From: an uncultured Actinomycetota bacterium
GTDB lineage: Bacteria; Actinomycetota; Actinomycetes; Actinomycetales; Dermatophilaceae
NCBI GenBank assembly: GCA_963752705.1
Contig: CAVVZM010000002.1
Span: 440,877 to 472,876 of the forward strand
Length of the DNA stretch: 32,000 nucleotides
Direction of reading: 5' to 3'
Below are positions 1 through 8,504 of this stretch, one piece after another. A program made the position numbers and the translations under genes. Position 1 is the first letter of the stretch, and every line of letters begins with the position of its first letter. The notes below the pieces were generated by a model. The model was not told where the DNA came from. It saw nothing but the letters and a program-made list of their open reading frames with translations, and ran no database searches.

Positions 1-934
1 ACGCACCCAGACCACTCGCGTACCCCTCGGCTCGTCGGCGAGGGCGGGTCCGTCGTCCTCGGGCGTCGGGGTGCGGGTGGAGCGGGTGAGCTGGGCGGCC
101 TTCTCGGCCGGGCTGACCGGGAGCCCGCGGGTGCGCTTGCCCTCGCGGTCGCGCAGGGAGGCGGCGCCGACGATCTGGGGGGCGGTGCTGGGGGCCTCGG
201 ACGCCCGCAGGTCGACCGCGTCGGCGACGACGACGGTGACGTTGTCGCGGGCGCTGGCCTTGAGCGCGACCTCGACGAGCCGTTCGGCCGCGGCGGCCGG
301 GACTGGCCGCGTCGCTCAGGATCTCCTCGATGATGTCGCGGCGGACGAAGTCGCTGAGACCGTCGGAGCACAGCAGGTAGCGGTCGCCGGCCCGCAGCTC
401 GCGCATCGACAGGTCGGGCTCGTCGTCGCCCTGACCGGTCATCACCCGGGTGACGAGGGAGCGCTGCGGGTGGTCCTCCGCCTCCTCGGGCGTGATCCGC
501 CCCTCGTCGACGAGCTGCTGCACGAACGAGTGGTCCTTGGTGATCTGGCTGAGCGTGCCGTCGCGGAGCAGGTAGGCCCGCGAGTCGCCGATGTGGGCCA
601 TGGCGAGCTTGTTGCCGCTGCGGAGCATGGCGATCGTCGTGCTGCCCATGCCGCGCAGCTTGGGGTCGTCGTCCATCGCCTGGCGCAGGCGGCGGTTCGC
701 GTCGCGCACCGACCGCTCCAGGGTGGGCAGGGCCTGCTCCGCGCTGATGCTCTCGCCGTCGAGCGGGGCCAGCTGGCCCACGATCATCGAGCTCGCGACG
801 TCGCCGGCGGCGTGGCCCCCCATGCCGTCCGCCAGGACGAGCAGGTGCGGACCGGCATACCCGCTGTCCTCGTTGCGGGACTTCGGGCCCAGCCCGAGGT
901 CGGTCCGCGCTGCGTAGCGCAGGGCGATGGCCAT
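1..934 (-). pseudogene. pstP: PP2C Ser/Thr phosphatase PstP. The 3' end lies beyond the window. Apparent 1-nt frame disruption near 297-301.
   Basis: The minus-strand ATG at 934-932 reads MAIALRYAARTDLGLGPKSRNEDSGYAGPHLLVLADGMGGHAAGDVAS...GDSRAYLLRDG...LLCSDGLSDFV, which carries PP2C motifs. It is absent from the ORF track because there is no stop inside the window. After ...IIEEILSDAASP (codon 301-299), the conserved tail AAAAERLVEVALKASARDNVTVVVAD is readable only from 297 downwards, one base out of frame. Synteny is fhaA-fhaB-pstP. Confidence 0.8.
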
Positions 935-937
935 GGG

Positions 938-1471
938 TCAGTCCCGCAGTTCCAGCGTGGTGCGGCCCACCTTGACCACGGACCCCGACTCGACCGGCAC
1001 GGCGCCGGTGATCTTCGCGCCCCCGACGACCGTGCCGTTGCGGGAGCCGAGGTCCTCGACGAACCAGCCCTCGGCGCGCGGGAAGATCCGCAGGTGGCGG
1101 CCCGAGGCGAACTCGTCGTCGATGACGAGGGTGCACTCGGGGTTGCGGCCGACGACCACGCCTTGCCGGCCGAGGGGCAGGGAGGTGCCCGCCATCTGGC
1201 CGTCCGTGACGACGAGGGTCGTCGGCGGGCGGCGACGGCGGGGCTGACGCGCGGCGGCGGCGGCCCCGGCTCCGACGGCAGCCGCGGCCGGTGCGCGGGG
1301 GGCCGGCGCCGGAGCGACCGGGCGGGCGCCGGCCCGGCGGTCGGCCCGTGACCGGTGGGACACCCGGGTGCCGTAGAGGTCGCGGCGCAGCACGGCGGCC
1401 AGCGACAGCACGAAGACCCACAGCAGCGCGAGCAGGCCGAGGCGGACGATCGTGTAGGTGAGCTCGCTCAT
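938..1471 (-). CDS. fhaB: FHA-domain membrane protein FhaB/FipA
   Basis: 177 aa. N-terminal TM helix (LGLLALLWVFVLSLAAVL), an Ala/Pro/Arg linker, and a C-terminal FHA domain (GRNPECTLVIDDEFASGRHLRI...DLGSRNGT). It sits between fhaA and pstP, and its stop is 3 nt before the pstP ATG. Confidence 0.9.
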   Translation of the reverse strand: MSELTYTIVRLGLLALLWVFVLSLAAVLRRDLYGTRVSHRSRADRRAGARPVAPAPAPRAPAAAAVGAGAAAAARQPRRRRPPTTLVVTDGQMAGTSLPLGRQGVVVGRNPECTLVIDDEFASGRHLRIFPRAEGWFVEDLGSRNGTVVGGAKITGAVPVESGSVVKVGRTTLELRD

Positions 1472-1483
1472 CGGGTCACCGGG

Positions 1484-2257
1484 TCACCGCTTGCCAGGAC
1501 GGAACACCGCCTGGGTCCGTCCGACGGTGATCTGGTCCCCCTCGTCGAGCCGGGTGCTGGTGATGCGCTGGCCGTTGACGAAGGTGCCGTTGGTGGAGCC
1601 GAGGTCGCGGATCGACGTGACGAGGTGGGGACCGTCGTTGGTGACCCGCACCTCGCAGTGGCGCCGCGAGATGCCGGGGTCGTCGAGGACGATGTCGGCG
1701 AGCTCGTCGCGGCCGATGACGGTGTGCGCGCCGATGAGCGGGTAGCGCTCGCCGTCGACGACGAGCCACGGGCGCTGCACCGGAGCGTGCGCCTGCCGCT
1801 GCGGGGGCGCCGACACGGGCGCGTTCTGCGCGGGCGGCACGGTCTGGCGGTCGGGCAGCTGGGTGCTGGGGGCGATCGAGCGCCGGCTGGTGGCGGGGCG
1901 GACGCGGAACACGCCCGTCTCCAGCTCCTCGTCGCGGTGGAACGTCACCTGCACGGGGCCGCCGGGCTGGTAGCGCTGGGAGTCGGCGTGCTCCTGGGCG
2001 GCGGCCACCAGCTCGTCGGAGAGCGCCTCCTCGTAGCCGGAGAGCCGCTCGAAGTCGGTGCCGCTGAGCTCCACGGTGTAGATGTTGGGGACGATCGTGC
2101 GGCCGTGGCCCATGACCGCGGCGCGGTCGTCCATGGCCCGGCGGATCGCCGAGGCCAGCTCGACCGGCTGCACCTCGGACTTGAAGGCCTTGGCGAAAGC
2201 GCTGCTGACCGCTCGCTCCAGGCCGCGCTCGACCTTGTCGAACAGTCCCACGCACAT
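1484..2257 (-). CDS. fhaA: FHA-domain protein FhaA (DUF3662 N-terminus plus C-terminal FHA)
   Basis: 257 aa. N-terminus is GLFDKVERGLERAV... The C-terminal FHA domain reads IGRDELADIVLDDPGISRRHCEV...DLGSTNGTFVNG. A GGAG at 2261-2258 abuts the ATG at 2257 and lies 6 nt from the GTG at 2251, so 2251 is the likelier start. Confidence 0.9.
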   Translation of the reverse strand: MCVGLFDKVERGLERAVSSAFAKAFKSEVQPVELASAIRRAMDDRAAVMGHGRTIVPNIYTVELSGTDFERLSGYEEALSDELVAAAQEHADSQRYQPGGPVQVTFHRDEELETGVFRVRPATSRRSIAPSTQLPDRQTVPPAQNAPVSAPPQRQAHAPVQRPWLVVDGERYPLIGAHTVIGRDELADIVLDDPGISRRHCEVRVTNDGPHLVTSIRDLGSTNGTFVNGQRITSTRLDEGDQITVGRTQAVFRPGKR

Positions 2258-2378
2258 CTCCTTGTTCTTCTCGCGTCCCCGCCGGGGATCGCGTTCATGG
2301 TAGCCGCCAGGGACTCCAGGGTCGGGGAGCCTGAGACGACCTTGAGCGGCCCGCGGCCCGGGTTCGTAGGCTGGGGCG

Positions 2379-2597
2379 ATGCGGATCGAGCTGCCGGAGG
2401 GCTACGTGCCCCCTCAGCCGACCCACCCGCACTACGGCTACGTGACGCCCGAGGAGCAGGCGGAGCGCGAGGCGGCGGAGGGGCCCGAGGGTGCCGAGGG
2501 GGCGGAGGGCATCGTGCCCACGCGTCGACCCCGAGGCCGGTATGCCGCCCGCGGCCCCCTCGCCGTGGGCGCCGGAGCCGGAGGCAGTGGAGCCTGA
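2379..2597 (+). CDS. Small hypothetical ORF, possibly the 5' part of the next ORF
   Basis: ATG start, MRIELPEGYVPPQPTHPHYGYVTPEEQAEREAAEGPEGAEGAEGIVPT... G/C-ending codons dominate up to about 2520. Bias then degrades (cga, cga, tat, gga, gga, agt, gga) until the stop at 2597. Confidence 0.35.
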   Translation: MRIELPEGYVPPQPTHPHYGYVTPEEQAEREAAEGPEGAEGAEGIVPTRRPRGRYAARGPLAVGAGAGGSGA

Positions 2598-2964
2598 ACC
2601 CGAGCCTGAGCCTGAGCCGGAGGTCGTGGAGCTGGAGGTGGTCGAACCCGAGGCGCCCGACGAGGCGACCCGCCCCCGCCCGACCGGCTGGGTCCCCCAG
2701 GCCCCGCCGGAGCCCATGCCGACGCCGATGCCGATGCCCATGCCGACACCCGAGCCGGCTGCGAGCGGGGAGCCGCGGTGGGACGCGTACCGGCAGGAGT
2801 GGGTCACCGCCCCGGCTCCGGCTGCCGAGGAGCCGCCCCCCGACGTCGCGGCCGCAGCCGGTGGCCGGGCGTCCTCCAGCTCGTGGACGAGTGCCGACGG
2901 TCAGCGCTACCGCTGGGACGCCCGCGCGCAGCAGTGGGTCGCCGAGCCCCCCGACCCGAACTGA
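2491..2964 (+). CDS. Pro/Glu-rich hypothetical protein with two RWDA..QxWV motifs. Start is ambiguous: GTG 2491 or ATG 2544.
   Basis: Strong G/C third-position bias from about 2525 to the stop at 2964. Contains EP repeats (EPEPEPEPEPE), MPTPMPMPMPTP, and the repeated motifs PRWDAYRQEWV and RYRWDARAQQWV. The ATG at 2544 has a GAGG 5 nt upstream. Confidence 0.55.
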   Translation: MPRGRRASCPRVDPEAGMPPAAPSPWAPEPEAVEPEPEPEPEPEVVELEVVEPEAPDEATRPRPTGWVPQAPPEPMPTPMPMPMPTPEPAASGEPRWDAYRQEWVTAPAPAAEEPPPDVAAAAGGRASSSSWTSADGQRYRWDARAQQWVAEPPDPN

Positions 2965-3052
2965 GCCGCACCGACCCGCCACCCGCTACCGGCCGGTCCC
3001 CGGCCGATGCGGTTTGGCGATGCCGCGCACGATGCAGCACACTGGACCCCGC

Positions 3053-3135
3053 GCGCGAGTGGCGGAATGGCAGACGCGCTGGCTTCAGGTGCCAGTGCCC
3101 GCAAGGGCGTGGGGGTTCAAGTCCCCCCTCGCGCA
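3053..3135 (+). tRNA. tRNA-Leu, anticodon CAG
   Basis: Cloverleaf folded by eye. Acceptor GCGCGAG/CTCGCGC. D arm GCG-GAATGGCAGA-CGC. Anticodon arm CTGGC-TTCAGGT-GCCAG. Long variable arm GCCC-GCAA-GGGC. T arm GGGGG-TTCAAGT-CCCCC. Discriminator A. No encoded CCA. Total 83 nt. A tRNA-Leu next to fhaA matches the arrangement I recall in Mycobacterium. Confidence 0.93.
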
Positions 3136-3146
3136 CAGATGGACCG

Positions 3147-3192
3147 GGTCGGGAGCCGCCGGGGCGCATACCCGCCTCCGCGGCTCCCGACC
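3147..3192 (+). terminator. Stem-loop downstream of tRNA-Leu
   Basis: GGTCGGGAGCCGC (3147-3159) pairs perfectly with GCGGCTCCCGACC (3180-3192). That is 13 bp with a 20-nt loop and no U-tract. Confidence 0.45.
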
Positions 3193-3230
3193 GGAACGCC
3201 GCACCGCCGTCGGGAACTCCCGTTCGTTGG

Positions 3231-3923
3231 ATGGTCGTGCCGACCTCTATGCCGCTGTGGACCGGTCGGGCGGCGGGTCGCGCCCTCGCGGCGTCCACCC
3301 GGTGGGCCGCCGGCCAGGCCATCCCGGCCGTCTGCTGCTCGCGTCGCACCGACGAGCCGGTCGTCGCCCTCACCTTCGACGACGGTCCGCACGAGGCGCT
3401 CACCCACGGGGTGCTCGACGTGCTGGCCCGCCACGACGCCGACGCGACGTTCTTCGTCATCGGCGAGCGGGTCGCCGGCAACGAGACGGTGCTCACCCGG
3501 ATCGTCGACGACGGCCACGAGCTGGGCAACCACCTGATGAAGGACGAGGCCTCGATCCTGCTGCCGCGCCACCAGTTCCTCGGCGACCTGACGCGCAACA
3601 GCGAGCTGCTCGCCGACTACCAGGAGGTCACCTGGTGGCGGCCGGGGTCGGGCTGGATGACGCCGTCCATGGTGCGCGACGGCGCCGAGCGCGGCGTGCG
3701 CTGCGCCCTGGGCACCGTGGCCATCGCCGACGGGCCGCCCCCCGACCGCGGGTCGTGGCGCGAGCAGCGGCTGCTGGCCCAGATCGACGCCGGCGCGGTG
3801 GTGGTGCTGCACGAGGGCACCGAGGCCCGCTCCGACGTCGTCGACACGACCGACTGGCTGCTGACCCGGCTGGCCGAACGCGGCCTGCGCAGCGTGACGA
3901 TGAGCGCGCTCGGCCGCGCCTGA
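3231..3923 (+). CDS. Polysaccharide deacetylase (NodB homology domain)
   Basis: This is the C-terminal part of the 2778..3923 track ORF. The region upstream of 3231 overlaps the tRNA, so the first plausible start is ATG 3231 (alternative 3249). Motifs: VALTFDDGP, GHELGNH, VVVLHEG. Confidence 0.85.
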   Translation: MVVPTSMPLWTGRAAGRALAASTRWAAGQAIPAVCCSRRTDEPVVALTFDDGPHEALTHGVLDVLARHDADATFFVIGERVAGNETVLTRIVDDGHELGNHLMKDEASILLPRHQFLGDLTRNSELLADYQEVTWWRPGSGWMTPSMVRDGAERGVRCALGTVAIADGPPPDRGSWREQRLLAQIDAGAVVVLHEGTEARSDVVDTTDWLLTRLAERGLRSVTMSALGRA

Positions 3924-3930
3924 CCAGAGG

Positions 3931-4899
3931 TCAGGACGAGGCGACGAGCAGCAGGAACGCCGTCGTCGCGGCCACGATCTGCTGCTGGGCGGCGGCCCGG
4001 TCGATGGTCGCGGTGCCGTCGCCGGCCTGCGCTCCGTAGTCGCCGAAGTACGCGTGGACGCCTCCGGGCACGGCCGTGAAGACGGTCGCCGGAGGCAGCT
4101 TCGCCCGGCTCGCCTCGATGTCCGCGGGGGTCGAGAGGCCGTCGGCGGTGCCGGAGACCGATGCCACGACGAGGTCGGTGCGGTCGGCGAGCGACGTGAG
4201 CGGGTAGGACGCCCAGAACAGCAGCCCGCGCACCCCGGCGTCGGGCCGTGCGGCATACACGCTGCCCGCGACGCCGCCGAGGCTGTGGCCGCCGACCGCC
4301 CACCGGGTGACCTCCGGATGGCCGGCGACGACGTCGGCGGGGTCGCCGATCGCGAGGAAGCCGATGTCGACGGGCTGCTTGACGATGACGACGAGGTAGC
4401 CCGCGGCGCTGACCTGCTGCAGCAGCGGGACGTACGCCCGGGGGTCGACCTTGGCGCCGGGCTGGAAGACCAGACCGGCCGCGGGCGCCCGACCGGTGGG
4501 GGTGAGTGTGATCCGGGTGGGTGACTCGCTCACCCGCACGGCCGGGGTGCCGGCCATCGCGGCCACGGCGTCGGGGGCCGCCGTGGCGGGCACGAGGTAG
4601 ACCAGCGACCCCAGCACCACGAGGCTGAGCAGCGCCGCGAGGCCGCGGCCGACCACCGTCGCCACCCGGTGGCGGGGCCGGTCGGCCGGCACCGGCCGCA
4701 GACCGGTGCCGAGGAGCAGCAGCCCGACGAGGACGCAGACGGCGAGCAGGACGGGGTAGGCCGGGTGGCCGGCGAGCAGCGACCCGCGGGCGAGCACGGC
4801 ACAGACCCCGGCGACGAGGACCCACAGAGAACCCACGATCGCTCGCCAGGCGGACCGGCGCCGTCGGGTGGAAGACTCGGGCGCGGACGACGACATCAC
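3931..4899 (-). CDS. Membrane-anchored alpha/beta-fold hydrolase
   Basis: 322 aa. About three N-terminal hydrophobic helices, then a hydrolase fold with the nucleophile elbow GGHSLGG, and later GGVHAYFGDYG. Confidence 0.8.
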   Translation of the reverse strand: MMSSSAPESSTRRRRSAWRAIVGSLWVLVAGVCAVLARGSLLAGHPAYPVLLAVCVLVGLLLLGTGLRPVPADRPRHRVATVVGRGLAALLSLVVLGSLVYLVPATAAPDAVAAMAGTPAVRVSESPTRITLTPTGRAPAAGLVFQPGAKVDPRAYVPLLQQVSAAGYLVVIVKQPVDIGFLAIGDPADVVAGHPEVTRWAVGGHSLGGVAGSVYAARPDAGVRGLLFWASYPLTSLADRTDLVVASVSGTADGLSTPADIEASRAKLPPATVFTAVPGGVHAYFGDYGAQAGDGTATIDRAAAQQQIVAATTAFLLLVASS

Positions 4900-4946
4900 G
4901 GCCGCAGCCTCGCACGCCGGGCCTGGGGGGCCGGGGAAGGACGCAC

Positions 4947-5417
4947 ATGGACAGCAGGGTCGTGCTGGAGCCGGACACCGGGGCCCCCGACAGCCCCCTG
5001 ACGAGCGACGAGGCCGATGAGCAGGCGCTCGAGGAGCTGCTGGGCCGGGTAGCCCAGTGGGACCAGGCGATCCGCGACCGCGACGAGCCGCTCGCCCGGC
5101 AGCTGCTGCATCCCGGGTTCGCGCTCGAGATGGTGCAGCCCGTGCGCAGCGTCATGCGACACGACGTCTGGCTCGAGATGATGTCCGACTACGTCGTGCA
5201 CGAGTGGGAGGTCGAGGACCAGCTCGTCGACCTCGACGGTGATATCGCCGCGCTGCTGCAGCGGGTGCGGATGCGCGCGACGGTGATGGGGGAGGACTGC
5301 AGCGGCATCTTCGTCGTGTCCGACCTGTGGCGGCGCGTCGGCGGCGAGTGGGTCGTGTGGCGACGGCACTCGACCCCGTTGTCCCCCGGCCGGACCGGCG
5401 CCGGCACCAGCCGGTAG
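4947..5417 (+). CDS. SnoaL-like / DUF4440 (NTF2-fold) protein
   Basis: 156 aa. Pattern W-x-AIRDRD...LL.PGF...GDIAALL.RV...G...FVVSDLWRRVGGEWVVWRRHSTP is typical of DUF4440/NTF2-like proteins. This is recognition by eye only. Confidence 0.65.
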   Translation: MDSRVVLEPDTGAPDSPLTSDEADEQALEELLGRVAQWDQAIRDRDEPLARQLLHPGFALEMVQPVRSVMRHDVWLEMMSDYVVHEWEVEDQLVDLDGDIAALLQRVRMRATVMGEDCSGIFVVSDLWRRVGGEWVVWRRHSTPLSPGRTGAGTSR

Positions 5418-5420
5418 GCG

Positions 5421-6548
5421 TCAGGCCGAGAGGGTGCTCCAGCGGATCGACAGCCCGAGGCCGCAGAGCAGCACCACGGCGGCGAGCCCGATGAAGCCGG
5501 CACTGATGTCGACGTCCTGCTGCTGCACCGTGACGTGGCGCGGGAGGTTGGCGAGCACGTCGGTCAGCTGACCGGCGTCGGTGGCCGCGAAGTACTCGCC
5601 GCCGGTCGTCGTGGCGACGCCGCGCAGGGCGTCCTCGTCGACGACGAGGAAGCTGCGCGCGCCACCGAGACCCCCGCCGCCGGGGCCGGCGTCGCGGGCG
5701 CCGAACCGCTGCTGCGCGGACCCGCCGAGCTGCGAGCGCGAGCAGACCATCTGCGCGGGGTTCTTCGTGCCGAAGCCGATGGGATAGATGCGTACGCCTC
5801 TGGCCGCGGCCTGCAGCGCGGCGTCCTGCGGCGTGATCCCGCGGGTGTTGGCGCCGTCGGTGAGCAGGACGATGATCTCCGGTGCGGTCTGGACCGCTCC
5901 GGTCGACGGCGGGGTGCTGCCGCCGGAGCCCTCGGTCGGGGTCGGCTTGGGGATCGAGGAGCCGTCGGGGTTGGGCCCGGTCTCCGGGTCGCTCGGGGCG
6001 ACGTTGGGGTCGAGCTCGGAGATGGCGTCCAGCGACTTGAGGATCGCCGCCCCGATGGTCGTGCCCCGTCCGGTCGTCGCGGCGTCGAGGGTGCGCAGCA
6101 GGTCGTCGTGGCTCGTGGTGGGGGCGACGGCGAGCTGGGCGAAGCCGGAGAAGAGCACCAGGCCGATCTTCGTGTCGTCGTTCTGGCCCTGGATGAAGGC
6201 GCGGACGGCGGCCTGGGCGGCGGTGAGCCGGTTGGGGTCGACGTCGGTGGAGCACATCGAGCCGGAGACGTCGAGCGCGAGGATCACGGTGGCGCTGGAG
6301 ACGGGTACGTCGGTGCGCACCTGCGGTCGCGCGCCGGCGACGCCGAGCAGCCCGAGGCTGGCCAGCACCAGGGCGATCGGCACGTGGCGGCGCCAGCGGC
6401 GACGCGGTCCGACCGCCGAGCGGACCAGCGCGACGTTGGAGTGCCGCACGGCGGTGGGCCGGCGGCGCCGCAGCTGCCAGAGGTAGGCGGCGAGGAGCAC
6501 TGGCACCGCCAGCAGCAGCAGGAGCAGGAACGGCTGGTCGAACGACAC
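5421..6548 (-). CDS. VWA-domain membrane protein (BatA/BatB-like)
   Basis: 375 aa, GTG start. N-terminal and C-terminal TM helices. MIDAS motif LALDVSGSM and LLTDGANT. A low-complexity insert (PSDPETGPNPDGSSIPKPTPTEGSGGSTPP) lies inside the VWA domain. Confidence 0.85.
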   Translation of the reverse strand: MSFDQPFLLLLLLAVPVLLAAYLWQLRRRRPTAVRHSNVALVRSAVGPRRRWRRHVPIALVLASLGLLGVAGARPQVRTDVPVSSATVILALDVSGSMCSTDVDPNRLTAAQAAVRAFIQGQNDDTKIGLVLFSGFAQLAVAPTTSHDDLLRTLDAATTGRGTTIGAAILKSLDAISELDPNVAPSDPETGPNPDGSSIPKPTPTEGSGGSTPPSTGAVQTAPEIIVLLTDGANTRGITPQDAALQAAARGVRIYPIGFGTKNPAQMVCSRSQLGGSAQQRFGARDAGPGGGGLGGARSFLVVDEDALRGVATTTGGEYFAATDAGQLTDVLANLPRHVTVQQQDVDISAGFIGLAAVVLLCGLGLSIRWSTLSA

Positions 6549-6549
6549 C

Positions 6550-7536
6550 TCAGATCACCCGGCCCTGGCGCAGCACGGAGACGACGGCCCCCGCGAGCAG
6601 GAGCAGCGCGGCGAGGCCGGCGACGAGCGACGTGACCTCGTGGGGCACCGTGCGGGTGACCCAGCCGAGGTCGATGGTGCGGTAGACGTTGGAGAGGGAG
6701 GCGGCGTCGGTGGCTGCGTAGTAGGTGCCCCCGGTGGTCTCGGCGATCTGCTGGAGACCGGCCTCGTCGAGCTTGGTCGCGATGCTGAACCCGTTGACCT
6801 CCAGCGTCGTGCCGGCGGCGCTCCCGAGGCCGATGGGGTAGATCTTCACGCCGGCGGCGGAGGCGAGGTCGGCGAGGTCGGCCGGGTCGGGGCCACTGGT
6901 GTTCTCCCCGTCGGTGAGCATGACGATGGACGTGCCTCCGTAGTAGCCGATGGGCGTCTCGGTGGCGCTGCCGTTCTCGCTGTCGCCGCTGGACTGGATC
7001 GGCTTGCCGGCGATGGCGCTCAGCGAGGTGAGGATGCCGCGCCCGAGGGACGTGTCGCCCTCGGGCTTGAGCCGGGCCACGGCGGCGAGCACCTGGTCCT
7101 TGTCGGTCGTCGGCTGCTGCACGATGAGCCCGTTGCCACCGAAGGCGACCACCGCGATCTTCACCGTGGCCGGCTGGTTGTCGACGAACCCCTTCGCGGC
7201 GGCCTTGGCCGCGTCGAGCCGGGTGGGCTGGATGTCCTTGGCGGCCATGCTCGTGGACACGTCGAACGCCAGCACGACGGTGCCCTCGCGGCGCGGTTCC
7301 GCCACGGCGGCGACGGGCCGGGAGAGGGCCAGGAGCATCACGGCCAGCGCCGCGACGAGCAGGGCGGGGGCGAGGTGCCGCCACCGGTCGCGGCCCGTGG
7401 GCCGGGGCACGACGAGGCCCTGCGCGGCGAGACCTGCACGGCGGTCCCGCTGGCGACGCAGCAGGCGCCGGTAGGCCACGAGCACGAGGGGGAGGGCCAG
7501 CAGCCCGAGGAGGGCCCAGGGCCACTGCAGCGTCAT
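6550..7536 (-). CDS. VWA-domain membrane protein (BatA/BatB-like)
   Basis: The real start is ATG 7536 (MTLQWPWALLGLLALPLVLVAYRRLL...), inside the 654-aa track ORF. Motifs: MIDAS FDVSTSM, MLTDGENT, and a C-terminal TM helix. Its ATG overlaps the DUF58 stop (ATGA at 7536-7533). Confidence 0.85.
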   Translation of the reverse strand: MTLQWPWALLGLLALPLVLVAYRRLLRRQRDRRAGLAAQGLVVPRPTGRDRWRHLAPALLVAALAVMLLALSRPVAAVAEPRREGTVVLAFDVSTSMAAKDIQPTRLDAAKAAAKGFVDNQPATVKIAVVAFGGNGLIVQQPTTDKDQVLAAVARLKPEGDTSLGRGILTSLSAIAGKPIQSSGDSENGSATETPIGYYGGTSIVMLTDGENTSGPDPADLADLASAAGVKIYPIGLGSAAGTTLEVNGFSIATKLDEAGLQQIAETTGGTYYAATDAASLSNVYRTIDLGWVTRTVPHEVTSLVAGLAALLLLAGAVVSVLRQGRVI

Positions 7537-8504
7537 CGGCGTCGCCGCCGGTCGGAGGAGATGCGCAGCAGCGAGCGCACGAGGTCCTCGTCGGTGCGCA
7601 CCTGGTGGAGCTCGACCCCCGCGCCGCGGGTGGCTTCTTCGAGCTGCGCCTGCTGCTCCGCTGCGGCGGCGCGCATCCGGTCGCGGAAGGCGGGGTCGGA
7701 GGTGTCGACGAAGATCTGCTCGCCCGTCTCGGCGTCCTCGACGTAGATCGAGCCGACGTCGGGCAGCTCGCTCTCGCGCGGGTCGCTCACCTGCAGCGCG
7801 ACCACCTCGTGACGGCGGGCCAGCCGGCCGAGGGCGGGCTCCCACCCGGGGGCGCTGATGAAGTCGGAGACGACGAGCACCACCGACCGCCGGGTGATGA
7901 TGCCGGCCGAGGCGTGCAGCAGGGCGCCGAGGTCGGTGACGGGGGGCCGCGCGGTGGGCGCGTCGCGGTCGCGGCGCCGCGGACGGCCCAGCCGGGGGCG
8001 GCCGGGCGGATGCGTGGGGGCGGCCGGTCCCGCCTCGCGCCGGGTCAGCAGGGCGCGGGCGATGCGCAGCACCTGGTTGCGGCCCGACGCCGGGGGGATG
8101 ACCGTCTCGATGCCCTGGTCGAAGACGACGACGCCCACCCGGTTGCCGCGCCGCGCCAGCACGAGCCCGAGGGTGGTCGCGACCTCCGCGAGGACGAGGT
8201 CCTTCTGCCGGTCCACCGGGCCGAACCCCATCGACGCCGAGTGGTCGAGGAGCAGCCACGCCGTGATCTCGCGGTCCTCGACGTACTCGCGCACGTAGGG
8301 GGTGTCGGTACGCGCCGTGACGTTCCACTCGATATGCCGGAGGTCGTCGCCGGGCTCGTACTCGCGCAGGTTGGTGAAGTCGAGCCCGTCGCCGCGGAAC
8401 AGGCTGCGGTAGTCGCCCTGGAGGCGGCCGTCGAGCCGGCGCACGACCCGCCACTCGAGCTGCCGGAGCAGTCGCTCCGGCGTCAGCGTGGCGGTCTGGT
8501 CCAC
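7533..8504 (-). CDS. DUF58 protein (MoxR-associated)
   Basis: 323 aa, GTG start. Hallmark LREYEPGDDLRHIEWNVTAR, and a degenerate VWA-like core (WLLLDHSASM). It sits between moxR and the VWA genes. Confidence 0.85.
   Translation of the reverse strand: MDQTATLTPERLLRQLEWRVVRRLDGRLQGDYRSLFRGDGLDFTNLREYEPGDDLRHIEWNVTARTDTPYVREYVEDREITAWLLLDHSASMGFGPVDRQKDLVLAEVATTLGLVLARRGNRVGVVVFDQGIETVIPPASGRNQVLRIARALLTRREAGPAAPTHPPGRPRLGRPRRRDRDAPTARPPVTDLGALLHASAGIITRRSVVLVVSDFISAPGWEPALGRLARRHEVVALQVSDPRESELPDVGSIYVEDAETGEQIFVDTSDPAFRDRMRAAAAEQQAQLEEATRGAGVELHQVRTDEDLVRSLLRISSDRRRRR

Noticed and set aside
2520-2529. ACGCGTCGAC (adjacent MluI and SalI sites) exactly at the suspected frame switch, considered as a possible cloning-linker scar.
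   Set aside because: Both hexamers are GC-rich and expected by chance in this composition. No vector-like sequence flanks them.
71-5155. Very long ORFs opposite to or overlapping the real genes, for example 71..1351(+), 1355..4039(+, 894 aa), 1945..2982(-), 3117..4256(-), 3617..5155(-). There are many similar ones throughout the window.
   Set aside because: These are typical shadow ORFs of a very GC-rich genome. Their translations are Arg/Pro/Gly/Ala low-complexity with no motifs. They overlap recognisable genes whose frame carries the G/C third-position bias. One of them runs straight through the tRNA-Leu gene.
3053-5417. tRNA-Leu as an integration site for a genomic island comprising the deacetylase, hydrolase and SnoaL genes.
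   Set aside because: There is no integrase or recombinase. I could not find a direct repeat of the tRNA 3' end downstream. Codon bias matches the flanks. A tRNA-Leu next to fhaA is a conserved core arrangement.
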